64,000 nucleotides of DNA, taken from a virus (lineage: Duplodnaviria > Heunggongvirae > Uroviricota > Caudoviricetes). Under the pieces are notes generated by a model. That model was not told the origin of the DNA, ran no database searches, and worked only from the letters and a program-made list of their open reading frames with translations. Positions 1-9,126 of this stretch are shown piece after piece. The stretch spans positions 577 to 64,576 of IMG/VR virus record IMGVR_UViG_3300050821_004987. One strand, given 5' to 3'. Every line of letters begins with the position of its first letter. Position 1 is the stretch's first letter. Both the position numbers and the translations under genes were made by a program.

Positions 1-6
1 CTGGTT

Positions 7-1023
7 GTGCTTACGGTTCATTTGTTGATCTCTGGGTTTCATATCGATGCTATCGGTCCAGTAGATTTGAGAAGATTTGGTCAGTGGGGTGTGCTGATGT
101 TTTTCGTCCACACCTGTTTGGTGTTGCTTTATTCTCTGGAACGAAAGCCAGAATTCTGGCCATTTCTCTTACGGAGGGTTTTCAGGATTTATCCTCTTAG
201 CATGATCACGGTGCTTATCGTTGTCGGGTTTTCTTTACCGATGGGTTACGCTGGAGATCATTTCGTTCTCGTATCTAGATCAGTCAAGAATGTGTTTCTC
301 AATCTAGCCTTACTCCAGAATCTTCATGGTGGGGAGTCTGTTATAGCTCCGCTGTGGAGCTTGCCTTACGAGATGCAGATGTATTTGTTGCTACCGGCCG
401 TGTTCTATCTTCTCAAGTGGAAAGAAAGATTTGTAGAGTATTTGCTTTGGATGGTAGGACTTTTCCTGGCTACGCATTCTCTATGGGCGGAAGCTCATGG
501 GTTGCCGGGTCTGACGTTCTTTCCCTGCTTTCTAGCTGGAGCGGTAGCTTACCGGGGATCACAGAAGTATACAGTCCCGTCCTGGCTCTGGCCGGTTGCC
601 GTAGTTGGTATCACTTTGTTGTTCGCAGCTCGACCATCGGGGCGTACCGGTTGGTTTTGTTGTTTGCTGCTTGGGATGGCCATTCCGAGATTCAAAGAGT
701 TGTCGAGTCCGTTTGTGAAACAGTGTGTGGCTACGATTGCAAAGTACTCGTATGGAATCTATTTGCTCCATCTTATTTGTATTTGGATTGCATTCGAAGA
801 GCTCAATATATTTCCGGTCGTCGTAAAGTGTCTTGCGTTCTTAGCTATGTTGGTCGGTTCAGTATATTTTGCCTACCACGTTATCGAGGCTCCTATGATT
901 CAGTTGGGATCGAGACTTGTGGGTTGGAAGAAAAAAGAACGCTTGACTTCATTAGTGGGAATAAACTATACTTCCGGCGTGGGGGACTTCGGTCGCTCCA
1001 CAAAATTTAGCATGAGGAGATGA
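7..1023 (+). CDS. Acyltransferase family 3 (OafA/OatA-like) membrane O-acyltransferase, probably 5'-truncated by the window edge
   Basis: Multi-TM protein with AT3 motifs GVLMFFV, RRVFRIYP, LWSLPYEMQMY, SYGIYLLH, YHVIEAP. Confidence 0.85.
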   Translation: MLTVHLLISGFHIDAIGPVDLRRFGQWGVLMFFVHTCLVLLYSLERKPEFWPFLLRRVFRIYPLSMITVLIVVGFSLPMGYAGDHFVLVSRSVKNVFLNLALLQNLHGGESVIAPLWSLPYEMQMYLLLPAVFYLLKWKERFVEYLLWMVGLFLATHSLWAEAHGLPGLTFFPCFLAGAVAYRGSQKYTVPSWLWPVAVVGITLLFAARPSGRTGWFCCLLLGMAIPRFKELSSPFVKQCVATIAKYSYGIYLLHLICIWIAFEELNIFPVVVKCLAFLAMLVGSVYFAYHVIEAPMIQLGSRLVGWKKKERLTSLVGINYTSGVGDFGRSTKFSMRR

Positions 1024-1024
1024 A

Positions 1025-1372
1025 ATGAAAACAACAGCAAGATTGTACATTACGAATCTATCCGACGAGAATGCAATGGAGTTGATGGCTGCATTGAAGC
1101 GGGAGCCTTCGTCACGTGGTGCAAAGTTCCAATTAGATCATCCAGATCCACCGGAGCTGTGCGAAAAGGAGTACGACCTTGTTGAGCATGCCAACGCTGA
1201 GTTAGAAGAGTCTGTAGACGACGTCGATGGGTATGGCGGTTCAGACACGAAGGGAGAAGTTTTTGCCGATATCAAGCGGCTCAGAAAGCACCAAGCCAGA
1301 ATCGAACAGAAGTTGGGCGCGTTTGGGCTTGCGATTACCAAGTTGGAAGTGGCTGCGAAGAAACTCCAGTAA
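1025..1372 (+). CDS. Hypothetical protein with C-terminal coiled coil
   Basis: 115-aa ORF starting right after the acyltransferase stop; no family motif recognised. Confidence 0.6.
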   Translation: MKTTARLYITNLSDENAMELMAALKREPSSRGAKFQLDHPDPPELCEKEYDLVEHANAELEESVDDVDGYGGSDTKGEVFADIKRLRKHQARIEQKLGAFGLAITKLEVAAKKLQ

Positions 1373-1386
1373 ATCCTCTCAACGAC

Positions 1387-1408
1387 AGGGGCCCCGGCCG
1401 GGGCCCCT
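1387..1408. repeat. Perfect 22-bp GC-rich palindrome AGGGGCCCCGGCCGGGGCCCCT
   Basis: Sequence equals its own reverse complement. Confidence 0.95.
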
Positions 1409-1436
1409 CAAACTCCCCTCAAAACAGTTCAGTAAG

Positions 1437-1496
1437 TCCTTTAGAATGACCACTTGCATTCGTTGAAACGGGTCTGAAATAACTCCTTTAGAATGA
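1437..1496. repeat. 13-bp direct repeat TCCTTTAGAATGA (1437-1449, 1484-1496)
   Basis: Read directly; ACTCCCCTCA is also repeated at 1412-1421 and 1594-1603. Confidence 0.9.
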
Positions 1497-1684
1497 ACAG
1501 ATAGCGATACCCTATGAGAACACCTATTCACCCTCGAACCCCTTGCATATCCAATCCCTAGCTCGTTTTTCGTGTATCCTGCCACTCGTTTAGACTCCCC
1601 TCATTCAGCTCCAGCCCGGGTATGGGTGTGTCTGGGTCACGGTAAGACGTAAACGTTTTCCAGTCGGACAGTTATACTCGGACA

Positions 1685-3679
1685 ATGGGAAGCTTGTGGA
1701 CGGGTCTCAAAGGACTGCACGACACGCTAGTTGCGCGTGTCGTTCGTTATTTCCGGGCAAAAGAAATCATCAAGACGTTGGCACCACTCCACGCTCACGA
1801 GCTGGCTAATACGCCGGTTAATCAGTGGGTTCAGAAGAAAGCCGAGCAGTCGAGGGAGATCGCAGCAGTCAAGTCGGGAGCATTCGCCAACACGATTGTA
1901 GACAGGCGGTCGTGGCAGTATCCTTACATTCCGGAAGCCCTTCATCGTTTGAACCAGCCCATCCTAAAAAACACGCCATACAATCTCCGCCGTTTTTCCG
2001 AGACTCCCATTCCAAGGCGAGCCGTTAATCTGATCAAGAACGCTCTGCTCGCTTTGCGTTGGCGGGTTTCGATCGACGAAGAGAACTACGACGAAGAAGA
2101 TCCGGATCTGCTGAAGAATGTAAAGATCGCTGAGTACTGCCTACAGCATCCGAATCTACAAGACAGCTATCGTACACTTTTCGAAGCCGTCATTGAAGAT
2201 TTCTTGATGGGTGGTTACGGGTGCATCGAGCCACAATTGACACCAGACTACCGAAGGCCGATAAAGATGTGGGCTGTCGACGGCTCGACGATTAGAATTT
2301 ATGCGGATTGGACAGAAGCGACACCAGATCGACCACACTACGCGCAGTTGACTGGATTGAAAGGTGAGCGTGGAATTATTTCCTTCCTAGATGATGAGCT
2401 GGTTTACATTCGAGACAACGTTCGCTCGTCGACTCCATTTGGTATCGGAAAGATGGAGACCTGTTTTCTGACGATCAATGCACTGCTCGGGGCACAAGAC
2501 ATGTCAGCGAGAGCAGCAGCAGATCAGATTCACAAGACTTGGCTGTGGTGGACAACGAACTTGCCGCCAGGGCAGTTCGAGACAGTACAACGCCATATCC
2601 AGAATGAAGCAGAAGGTCAGGCAAAACTCTCGTTGTCGACCGGCATGCCGAAGCCGGAAGTAATCGAAGTCCAGCCAGTAACTCCAGACGACCTACTGAT
2701 GGACTGGCAAACACTTTGTATCCGAATCATTGCCGCCGGTTTCGATCTCTCCCCGATGTCCTTGGGACTGGAGCGGGATGTAAACCGTTCCACAGCCGCA
2801 GTGATGTCGGAGCAGGATTTCAATTCCGCTATAGTCCCAGCAGCCAGAAAGTTAGAAGAGTCGATCACCAGATTGATTCTCCATCGTACGTTGGGTTGGA
2901 AGGAACTGAAGTTCGAGTTCGTCGGGCTGGAAGATCCAGACGAGATTATCCAGGCTCAGTTGATGGGACGACTGTATCCGATCAACGCCATCACGCCGGA
3001 TGAAATCCGAGATCGAATGCAGATCGGTCCTCCGCTACCCGGTGGTTGGGGAAAGATAACAGCTGGTCAGCTGCAACTGATGCAAGCTGCAGCTGCTGGT
3101 AAGCCACCGATGGGTGGTGGTGCCGGGGCATCGGGTGGTGGTGGGGGCATGGGTGGGTTCGGTGGCTCAATGGGTTCGATGGGCATGTCCGCCGATCCAG
3201 CGTACAAAAAGAGAACGCCTCAGATAGTAGCTTCTTTGGACGAGAGTCCTTTCTCAGCGGAAGATCTGGCACAGATGGACCCACAGGATCTGGAACAATT
3301 CCGTCAAGCCGGTGTCATTCCTTACGACCCACAAGATTTGCAGAATCAGATGGAAGCTCAGTCGCCGGGTATTCTCCAGACGATTTCAGAAGAGCTACAA
3401 GAGTACTTCGAATGGCTTGAGGAGCAGGAAGAGGCTCAAGTCGAGCAGCCTTCGAAGGTTACAGCCAAGGATCAAAAAGATCAACAAAAGAAATACAAGG
3501 AGCGCGAGAAGCGAATTGACGAGGTCGAGAAGACACAGAGGACAGCAGATAAGTTCACGTCCGGTTACGAGTCCAGAAATTTCCGGGGACCATTTCCAAA
3601 GAAATCCGTGATGCCGAAAGGACTGGGTAAGAAAAGAAAACCTAAGGTTCCAGCGAATTTTACGGGTAGGACGCGATGA
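1685..3679 (+). CDS. Phage portal protein with long C-terminal extension
   Basis: First gene of head module; portal-like segments (EDFLMGGYGCIE, IKMWAVDGSTI, STPFGIGKME, AGFDLSPMSLGLERDVNRSTA, AITPDEIR). Confidence 0.85.
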   Translation: MGSLWTGLKGLHDTLVARVVRYFRAKEIIKTLAPLHAHELANTPVNQWVQKKAEQSREIAAVKSGAFANTIVDRRSWQYPYIPEALHRLNQPILKNTPYNLRRFSETPIPRRAVNLIKNALLALRWRVSIDEENYDEEDPDLLKNVKIAEYCLQHPNLQDSYRTLFEAVIEDFLMGGYGCIEPQLTPDYRRPIKMWAVDGSTIRIYADWTEATPDRPHYAQLTGLKGERGIISFLDDELVYIRDNVRSSTPFGIGKMETCFLTINALLGAQDMSARAAADQIHKTWLWWTTNLPPGQFETVQRHIQNEAEGQAKLSLSTGMPKPEVIEVQPVTPDDLLMDWQTLCIRIIAAGFDLSPMSLGLERDVNRSTAAVMSEQDFNSAIVPAARKLEESITRLILHRTLGWKELKFEFVGLEDPDEIIQAQLMGRLYPINAITPDEIRDRMQIGPPLPGGWGKITAGQLQLMQAAAAGKPPMGGGAGASGGGGGMGGFGGSMGSMGMSADPAYKKRTPQIVASLDESPFSAEDLAQMDPQDLEQFRQAGVIPYDPQDLQNQMEAQSPGILQTISEELQEYFEWLEEQEEAQVEQPSKVTAKDQKDQQKKYKEREKRIDEVEKTQRTADKFTSGYESRNFRGPFPKKSVMPKGLGKKRKPKVPANFTGRTR

Positions 3680-4347
3680 TTTGCAAGACTGGAAATTGCT
3701 CGACATCGTTTTCGTTATGGGCACAGAAGTCTGTCGACATAACGGATCTAGATATCCAGGATGGCGATCATCCGAATCTAGCGCCGTTTAAAGGAACACT
3801 TTTACTTTTGGATCAGCCGTCAAATCAGCCACCGCATGGAAGCGAAGGTCATACGATATTCGTTCCTACGCAGGTAGCAGTGAAACGGTTGGATACTTTG
3901 CCTGGCATGGGGATCAATTATCAGAACGACCTAGAGGGACACAATCCAGCAAAAAAGATAGGGGTGATATCGAAGGCATGGGTGGAAGGTAAAAAAGTCA
4001 AAGTGGAAGGCGTCATTTGGAAAAAGGATTTTCCTGAGGCTCTGAGAACATTCCGCATGAACAGGGGAAGGCTCGGGATGTCGATGGAATTAGGGGATGT
4101 ATACGTAAGAGACAAGGACGAGGATGTGTGGCACCTTGAGGATTTTCACTTTACTGGCGCAACCGTGCTGCGGAGAGATCATGCCGCGTACGAGAATACA
4201 GAACTCTCAGCTTCAAAAGGTCATTTTATAAATGCTATGGCAGCGGCTCGGTCCGCGGTGAAGATTAGTTCAGTACCTAGCTGGGTTTTTGGTCTTGAGT
4301 TTGAGATTGCTGAGATAACAAAGAAAGCTTTGGGGGTAAAAGAATGA
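3676..4347 (+). CDS. Prohead (capsid maturation) protease
   Basis: Position after portal; H..KKIGVI, GMSME and FTGATVL...AAY motifs typical of herpes/HK97-fold phage proteases. Confidence 0.7.
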   Translation: MICKTGNCSTSFSLWAQKSVDITDLDIQDGDHPNLAPFKGTLLLLDQPSNQPPHGSEGHTIFVPTQVAVKRLDTLPGMGINYQNDLEGHNPAKKIGVISKAWVEGKKVKVEGVIWKKDFPEALRTFRMNRGRLGMSMELGDVYVRDKDEDVWHLEDFHFTGATVLRRDHAAYENTELSASKGHFINAMAAARSAVKISSVPSWVFGLEFEIAEITKKALGVKE

Positions 4348-4868
4348 GATGGCGCGAAGTAGCCGGCGGGTTTTACGAAGTGTCTGATACGGGATTGGTT
4401 CGAAGGAAGAAACCATCAAGTCGGCCGGGAATGTCTAGACCAGGTAGGCTTTGTAAGAGACATCCAGATAATGATGGTTATTGGGTTGTTTACTTCTCTT
4501 GCGATGGCGTTTTTACGAAGCATTTTGTACACAAGCTTGTGGCCGAAGCTTTTCTCGGTCCGTGTCCTCCAGGAAAGGAAGTGAATCATAAAGATACGAA
4601 CAAAGCGAATCCTCATTGGAAAAATTTGGAGTATCTAACAAAGAGCCAGAATGCTCTTCACGCAGTTGCACATGGCTTGTGGCCGATGCACAATTTGCCA
4701 GTAAAGCGTGGGAGTGATCATGGAATGTCAAAGTTAACTGAGAACGATGTGCGTCGTATTAGGCGAATCGGTCACCGTCTGGCGCAGAATGAAATAGGAC
4801 GAAGGTTTGGAGTTTGTGGAGCTACGATTGGGCAAGTTTTAGATAGCAAGACGTGGCGCCACGTTTAA
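4344..4868 (+). CDS. NUMOD4-HNH homing endonuclease with C-terminal HTH
   Basis: YEVSDTGLVR (NUMOD4), VHKLVAEAFLGPCPPGKEVNHKDTNKANPHWKNLEY (HNH), KLTENDVRRIR. Confidence 0.9.
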   Translation: MRWREVAGGFYEVSDTGLVRRKKPSSRPGMSRPGRLCKRHPDNDGYWVVYFSCDGVFTKHFVHKLVAEAFLGPCPPGKEVNHKDTNKANPHWKNLEYLTKSQNALHAVAHGLWPMHNLPVKRGSDHGMSKLTENDVRRIRRIGHRLAQNEIGRRFGVCGATIGQVLDSKTWRHV

Positions 4869-4889
4869 TTGAGAGGGAGGAAGCCAGAA

Positions 4890-5828
4890 ATGGCCGATGA
4901 AAAGAAAAAGAAACAACAGTCATCCAATGGTCAAGCTTTGGTTACCGCAATTTCTGCTGCTGTAGGGAAAGGCTTGACAGAGGGTTTGTCGTCTTTCATT
5001 AAAGAGCAGAAAGAAACGAACAAGGCTACCTTGGATGCGTTGAAGAGCATCAGCGCTTCGCAAGAAGAGTTGGTGAAGGGAATCCATGCGATGGCAACGA
5101 CCGAGATCGACGCCGCGTCTGAGGAAGAAGAAGACGAGGAAGTCGAGATCGACGCAGCCATGTCGAATCCATCAGACGCAACGATGGCTTCGGCAAGGAA
5201 GAAAGACGCTTCCAACGCCTCAGACGCCACGGATGCAACCGATCCTTCGGATGCTACGGATGTAGACGCCGGAATTGATCCGACGAACTTCACTTCCGAC
5301 AAACAAGGTGACGATGCAACGCCGGGTGATCTGAACCAAGACGCCACTTCACACTACGACGAGCAGTCGAAAGGTCCAGCCTCGTCCCAGATCCAGAAGA
5401 CTGGAAAAGACGGGAAGAGCCGGGGCATCGCTGCTTCGAAAGACAAGAAGGGAAATGGAGTAATGCTCAAGTCACTAGCATCAGCAGCGGTGAAGATCCG
5501 AACGTTGATGGCGGCAAATCAAAAGATGGCAGAAGAGAACAAGCGCTTCCGTAACCGGGTAGCTGCTTTGGAAGCGTCCGTCGAACGTTACGCGGAGCGG
5601 GTCGAGCGGAGAACCATCACGCCCGAGATCGCCTCGTTGTTGGAGAAGGGTGGGCACGATGTCCGTGAACTGATGGCCTCGAAGCAGAGGTTGACGGTAG
5701 CGGAAGTCGACGATCTCTTCTTGAAGAGCAATATCCAGCTGGAGCCGGCGATGCGAGCAGCTTTCAAGAACCAGCTCTTGCAGGCGGGCCTGATGGAACA
5801 AGGTGAAGTGAGACGTTGGGCGAATTAG
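4890..5828 (+). CDS. Capsid scaffolding protein
   Basis: GGGAGG RBS before ATG 4890; acidic low-complexity middle, coiled-coil C-terminus; directly upstream of major capsid gene. Confidence 0.7.
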   Translation: MADEKKKKQQSSNGQALVTAISAAVGKGLTEGLSSFIKEQKETNKATLDALKSISASQEELVKGIHAMATTEIDAASEEEEDEEVEIDAAMSNPSDATMASARKKDASNASDATDATDPSDATDVDAGIDPTNFTSDKQGDDATPGDLNQDATSHYDEQSKGPASSQIQKTGKDGKSRGIAASKDKKGNGVMLKSLASAAVKIRTLMAANQKMAEENKRFRNRVAALEASVERYAERVERRTITPEIASLLEKGGHDVRELMASKQRLTVAEVDDLFLKSNIQLEPAMRAAFKNQLLQAGLMEQGEVRRWAN

Positions 5829-5874
5829 CACGGCGGCAGAGTAGTTCAAATTTGAAAGGGAGGAACAAAAAGAG

Positions 5875-6864
5875 ATGTCGGGAAATTTGAAACCGGCAGT
5901 ATTCGTAGGTGATGTCTCTGCCGCTGCGGATTATCTGGCACCGGGCGCGATCGAGATCAACCGTTACCAAGCCGAAATCTTTGACTTGGTCCGGCGTCGG
6001 TTCGTACTCGGACAGAGAATCAATCAAGTACCAGCCACGGGCCAACCGTCGCGGTACTTCGAGCAGTTGGCAATCCCGACGGCAGCGTTTACGGATCCGC
6101 GTACGATAGCGGCCACCGCAACACAGCCGTCCCGTGTCGAGAGGGTAGTCACGCTGAAGGCCTTGGTGGCCCAGATCAACTACTCCATTTTCGACGTCGA
6201 AGTAAACCAGCAGCAGGGGCAGTTCGCTTACCTGGAAGCGAAGGATCTGACAGATACTGTCGACTCTGTGCTGAAGTTGCATGATACGGCGCTGTGGAAC
6301 GGAAACGATACGAGCCTGGTCGTTCCCACGACGGTGCAGTATTTTGGCATATCCGGTCAGATCGCCACAGCAGCGACGGTTGGGGCTTACGCTCCGACGT
6401 ATCCCATCGCCACGGCAGGTTCGTTGGTCGATGGTTACAAGACGGCAGTGGCCCAGATGGTCACGAGGCAGGATTATGAAGTCCGGCCGAGCGCGATCTA
6501 TCTGAATCCGTTGCTGGCCGATTTGTTCGACCAGGAAGCAAAGACAGTCCAGTTGTATTTCAACGAAGTGGAAGTAGTGCCTGGCACCATCGTCAAAGCA
6601 CTACCGACACAAGCCGGCGTGCTGCCGTTGGTTCCGGACGCGGGGTTGGGAACAATCGCGGGATCTGGATCGACGACACAGTATGTGGGCTTCATCCTTT
6701 CCGAGGAGTTCGTCGAGTACCATTGGTTGACCAGTCCGGTGCCGCGAGTATTCCAGCTCGGCTTAGTTGGGAACCTTGCAGGGCAATTTGTTGTGCTGAA
6801 GTTCGGTGGCCTTGTGGTCAAGGGGCCAGGTTATGCCCACCGTTTGGTGGCAACTAACCGGTAG
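5875..6864 (+). CDS. Major capsid protein (HK97-like fold inferred)
   Basis: 329 aa, strong RBS (AAAGGGAGGA), follows scaffold, followed by a terminator. Confidence 0.75.
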   Translation: MSGNLKPAVFVGDVSAAADYLAPGAIEINRYQAEIFDLVRRRFVLGQRINQVPATGQPSRYFEQLAIPTAAFTDPRTIAATATQPSRVERVVTLKALVAQINYSIFDVEVNQQQGQFAYLEAKDLTDTVDSVLKLHDTALWNGNDTSLVVPTTVQYFGISGQIATAATVGAYAPTYPIATAGSLVDGYKTAVAQMVTRQDYEVRPSAIYLNPLLADLFDQEAKTVQLYFNEVEVVPGTIVKALPTQAGVLPLVPDAGLGTIAGSGSTTQYVGFILSEEFVEYHWLTSPVPRVFQLGLVGNLAGQFVVLKFGGLVVKGPGYAHRLVATNR

Positions 6865-6893
6865 GTATAACTAGCTCGTGACTTGTCTTATAT

Positions 6894-6942
6894 AATCTAA
6901 ATGGGGAGTGGCGAAGAAGGTTGGCTCCCCATTTAGATTTTT
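6894..6942 (+). terminator. Intrinsic terminator after major capsid gene
   Basis: 15-bp stem AATCTAAATGGGGAG / CTCCCCATTTAGATT ending in a T run. Confidence 0.8.
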
Positions 6943-6954
6943 AGGAGACTGGGA

Positions 6955-7716
6955 ATGAAGAAAGAACGTCGAGTGGATCCCATTAGAAGTGCTGCAATGA
7001 AGAATGTTTGGAAACGGAAGGGCTTTAGAAAAAGGATGATGGTGGCAAGGAAAGAAATGTATTCAAGTTTGGAGTGGCGAGATCGCTGCGGCGTTTCAAA
7101 TAAAGGACGCGCTCCATGGAATAAAGGTGAGACAAAAGAAACACATCCATCAATTTTGCACATGAGTAAAGTGCGTGAAGAGGAGTGGAGAACGAATACC
7201 GAGTTGACAGATAAAAGAGTATCAGCTATTCGAGAAGTATGCGCTACTCCAGAGTGGAAAAAGAAATCTGGAGAATCTCATCTTGGAAAGCCATCTTGGA
7301 GTGCAGGGAAAACGAAAGAAACACATCCTTCTTTAGCAGAGTTGTCCAGAAGGTTCAGAGGAAGGATTCCTAGATGGAATGGTTACGTTTGTTACTACGA
7401 AGGTCAGAATGGGCGAGTCAGGATGCGCTCTAGTTGGGAAGTGAAGTTTGCTGAATGGTGTGATGGGAAAGGTTTTGAGTGGGAGTATGAGCCTGCTTTC
7501 TTTATAGTAGGTAAAGGAGACTGGGACGGAGAAACCTATACACCAGATTTCTATCTTCCAGTTATCGATTGCTGGATTGATATAAAAGGTTTTTATTCAA
7601 ATAAGAATAGGAGAAAGATTCAAGCCTTCATAAACAAGTTTTCAGATTTACACTTTTGGTTACTCAGAAAAAAGCATTTGAGAGTATTGGGTGTAGATCT
7701 TAGAAAGGCTGCCTAG
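6955..7716 (+). CDS. Free-standing homing-type endonuclease (NUMOD3-like repeats plus PD-(D/E)xK domain)
   Basis: Repeats PWNKGETKETHPSI / SWSAGKTKETHPSL; RSSWE...WEYEP...YTPDFYL...IDIKG catalytic domain. Confidence 0.8.
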   Translation: MKKERRVDPIRSAAMKNVWKRKGFRKRMMVARKEMYSSLEWRDRCGVSNKGRAPWNKGETKETHPSILHMSKVREEEWRTNTELTDKRVSAIREVCATPEWKKKSGESHLGKPSWSAGKTKETHPSLAELSRRFRGRIPRWNGYVCYYEGQNGRVRMRSSWEVKFAEWCDGKGFEWEYEPAFFIVGKGDWDGETYTPDFYLPVIDCWIDIKGFYSNKNRRKIQAFINKFSDLHFWLLRKKHLRVLGVDLRKAA

Positions 7717-7718
7717 AA

Positions 7719-8540
7719 ATGAATGGGGTTCATCCATACCAGCCTCGCTTCATAGATGAATCTGATTTGATTAAGTATGGGCTGCCGGATGTTACTCAAG
7801 TGCCAGATATTTTGACTCAAGTTGATAGGGCGTCTACTCTTATAGACGAGTTTTGTGCCAGGGCTGATGTCGACGGACAGGGATCGTTAGCGTACACAAC
7901 ATACACGGAAAGGTTATTTCTGCCGGTAGGAAGAAATATCTTCCGAGTGTCGTTTAGGCCCTTGGCTGTAGTATCAGCGGCGACGGTAGCCGAGTTGGCT
8001 GCGTCGGGTAGTCAGGTAGATAACGATGGGAATCCAGTATCGAATAATTACTACACGGGCGTGTTACCTTCCGGGATTCAGACACAGGCGAATACGATCT
8101 CGCCTGTGATCAGTTGTTCTGGGCGGTATGGATATGCGAGACGTGGACAACAGCAAACTTACCCTGACCTAAATTATGCAGCAAATGTGTTACAAATAGC
8201 TTCGTTCTTCGGAGGACCTCCAGCTTTCACTAACATTGATGTCACACAAATTGACTTTGATAACAGAACAGGAGAAATGTGGGTTCCGGCGGGCTTATAC
8301 CTAAGCCAATACACAGAGGTTGTGATAAGTTATAACTCAGGATTTGATCCTAGACATATGCCACCAGCCATTAAACACGCAACAGCGAGCTTGGTTCGAA
8401 ACTTGCTTTCGAGAGGTGGGGGAGCGACAGGGTTAAAAAGTTTTCAAGCGGGAAGAATTCGTGCAGATTTCACTGACGAATTAATAGATGTTAACATTCA
8501 GAATCTCCTTCAAGCATACAGAACCGTTCGTGCTTCGTAG
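7719..8540 (+). CDS. Head-tail connector/adaptor protein
   Basis: Position; RASTLIDEFC N-terminus and YNSGF...MPPAIKHAT...KSFQAG C-terminus typical of adaptor proteins. Confidence 0.7.
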   Translation: MNGVHPYQPRFIDESDLIKYGLPDVTQVPDILTQVDRASTLIDEFCARADVDGQGSLAYTTYTERLFLPVGRNIFRVSFRPLAVVSAATVAELAASGSQVDNDGNPVSNNYYTGVLPSGIQTQANTISPVISCSGRYGYARRGQQQTYPDLNYAANVLQIASFFGGPPAFTNIDVTQIDFDNRTGEMWVPAGLYLSQYTEVVISYNSGFDPRHMPPAIKHATASLVRNLLSRGGGATGLKSFQAGRIRADFTDELIDVNIQNLLQAYRTVRAS

Positions 8541-8580
8541 GTAGAAATAGTTTATAATAGGACGATGGGAGGCTGTTCAA

Positions 8581-9126
8581 ATGAGAGAAGAATGGAGACC
8601 AGTAGAAGAAGGTGTGTACGAAGTTTCTAGTCTTGGCTGTGTTAGAAGAGCTGTGCCAGGACAAGGGACTTGGGTTGGAAGGATTTTGAAGCCAGCCTTG
8701 CATGGAAGAAAAAGACCAGACGGAACGATAGATGGGTACTGGCGAGTTTCTGTGACGATAGGTGGAAAGAGAAAATGGAAATTGGTTCATGTTCTTGTGG
8801 CTTTAGCTTTCCTTGGGCCTTGCCCTCCGGGAAAAGAAGTGAATCATAAGGATGGTGTGAAGACAAATTGTAAGTGGACAAATTTGGAGTATAAGACCAG
8901 CTCTGGAAATGCCCAACACGCTTACGATACGGGATTACGACGAGCACATCCTAGTCCAGGAAGTAGAAATGGCATGGCTAAGATAACTTTCAAGAAAGCT
9001 CAAGAGATAAGAAAGCTCTACAAGACTGGGATGTATTTTCAGCATGATTTAGGAAGGATGTTTGGATTATCAGGAGCTACGGTTGGGCAGATCGTACGAA
9101 ATGAAAATTGGTTGGTAGACTCATGA
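8581..9126 (+). CDS. NUMOD4-HNH homing endonuclease, paralog of 4344..4868
   Basis: YEVSSLGCVR, VHVLVALAFLGPCPPGKEVNHKDGVKTNCKWTNLEY. Confidence 0.9.
   Translation: MREEWRPVEEGVYEVSSLGCVRRAVPGQGTWVGRILKPALHGRKRPDGTIDGYWRVSVTIGGKRKWKLVHVLVALAFLGPCPPGKEVNHKDGVKTNCKWTNLEYKTSSGNAQHAYDTGLRRAHPSPGSRNGMAKITFKKAQEIRKLYKTGMYFQHDLGRMFGLSGATVGQIVRNENWLVDS

Noticed and set aside
3110-3190. G-rich runs in portal and tape measure (15370-15440) as further pentamer arrays
   Set aside because: They have 3-nt periodicity and encode Gly-rich linkers.
4263-4868. HNH gene as part of a group I intron fusing protease and scaffold
   Set aside because: Reconstructed junctions do not follow the U/G splice rule, excision gives a stop rather than a fusion, and the scaffold has its own RBS.
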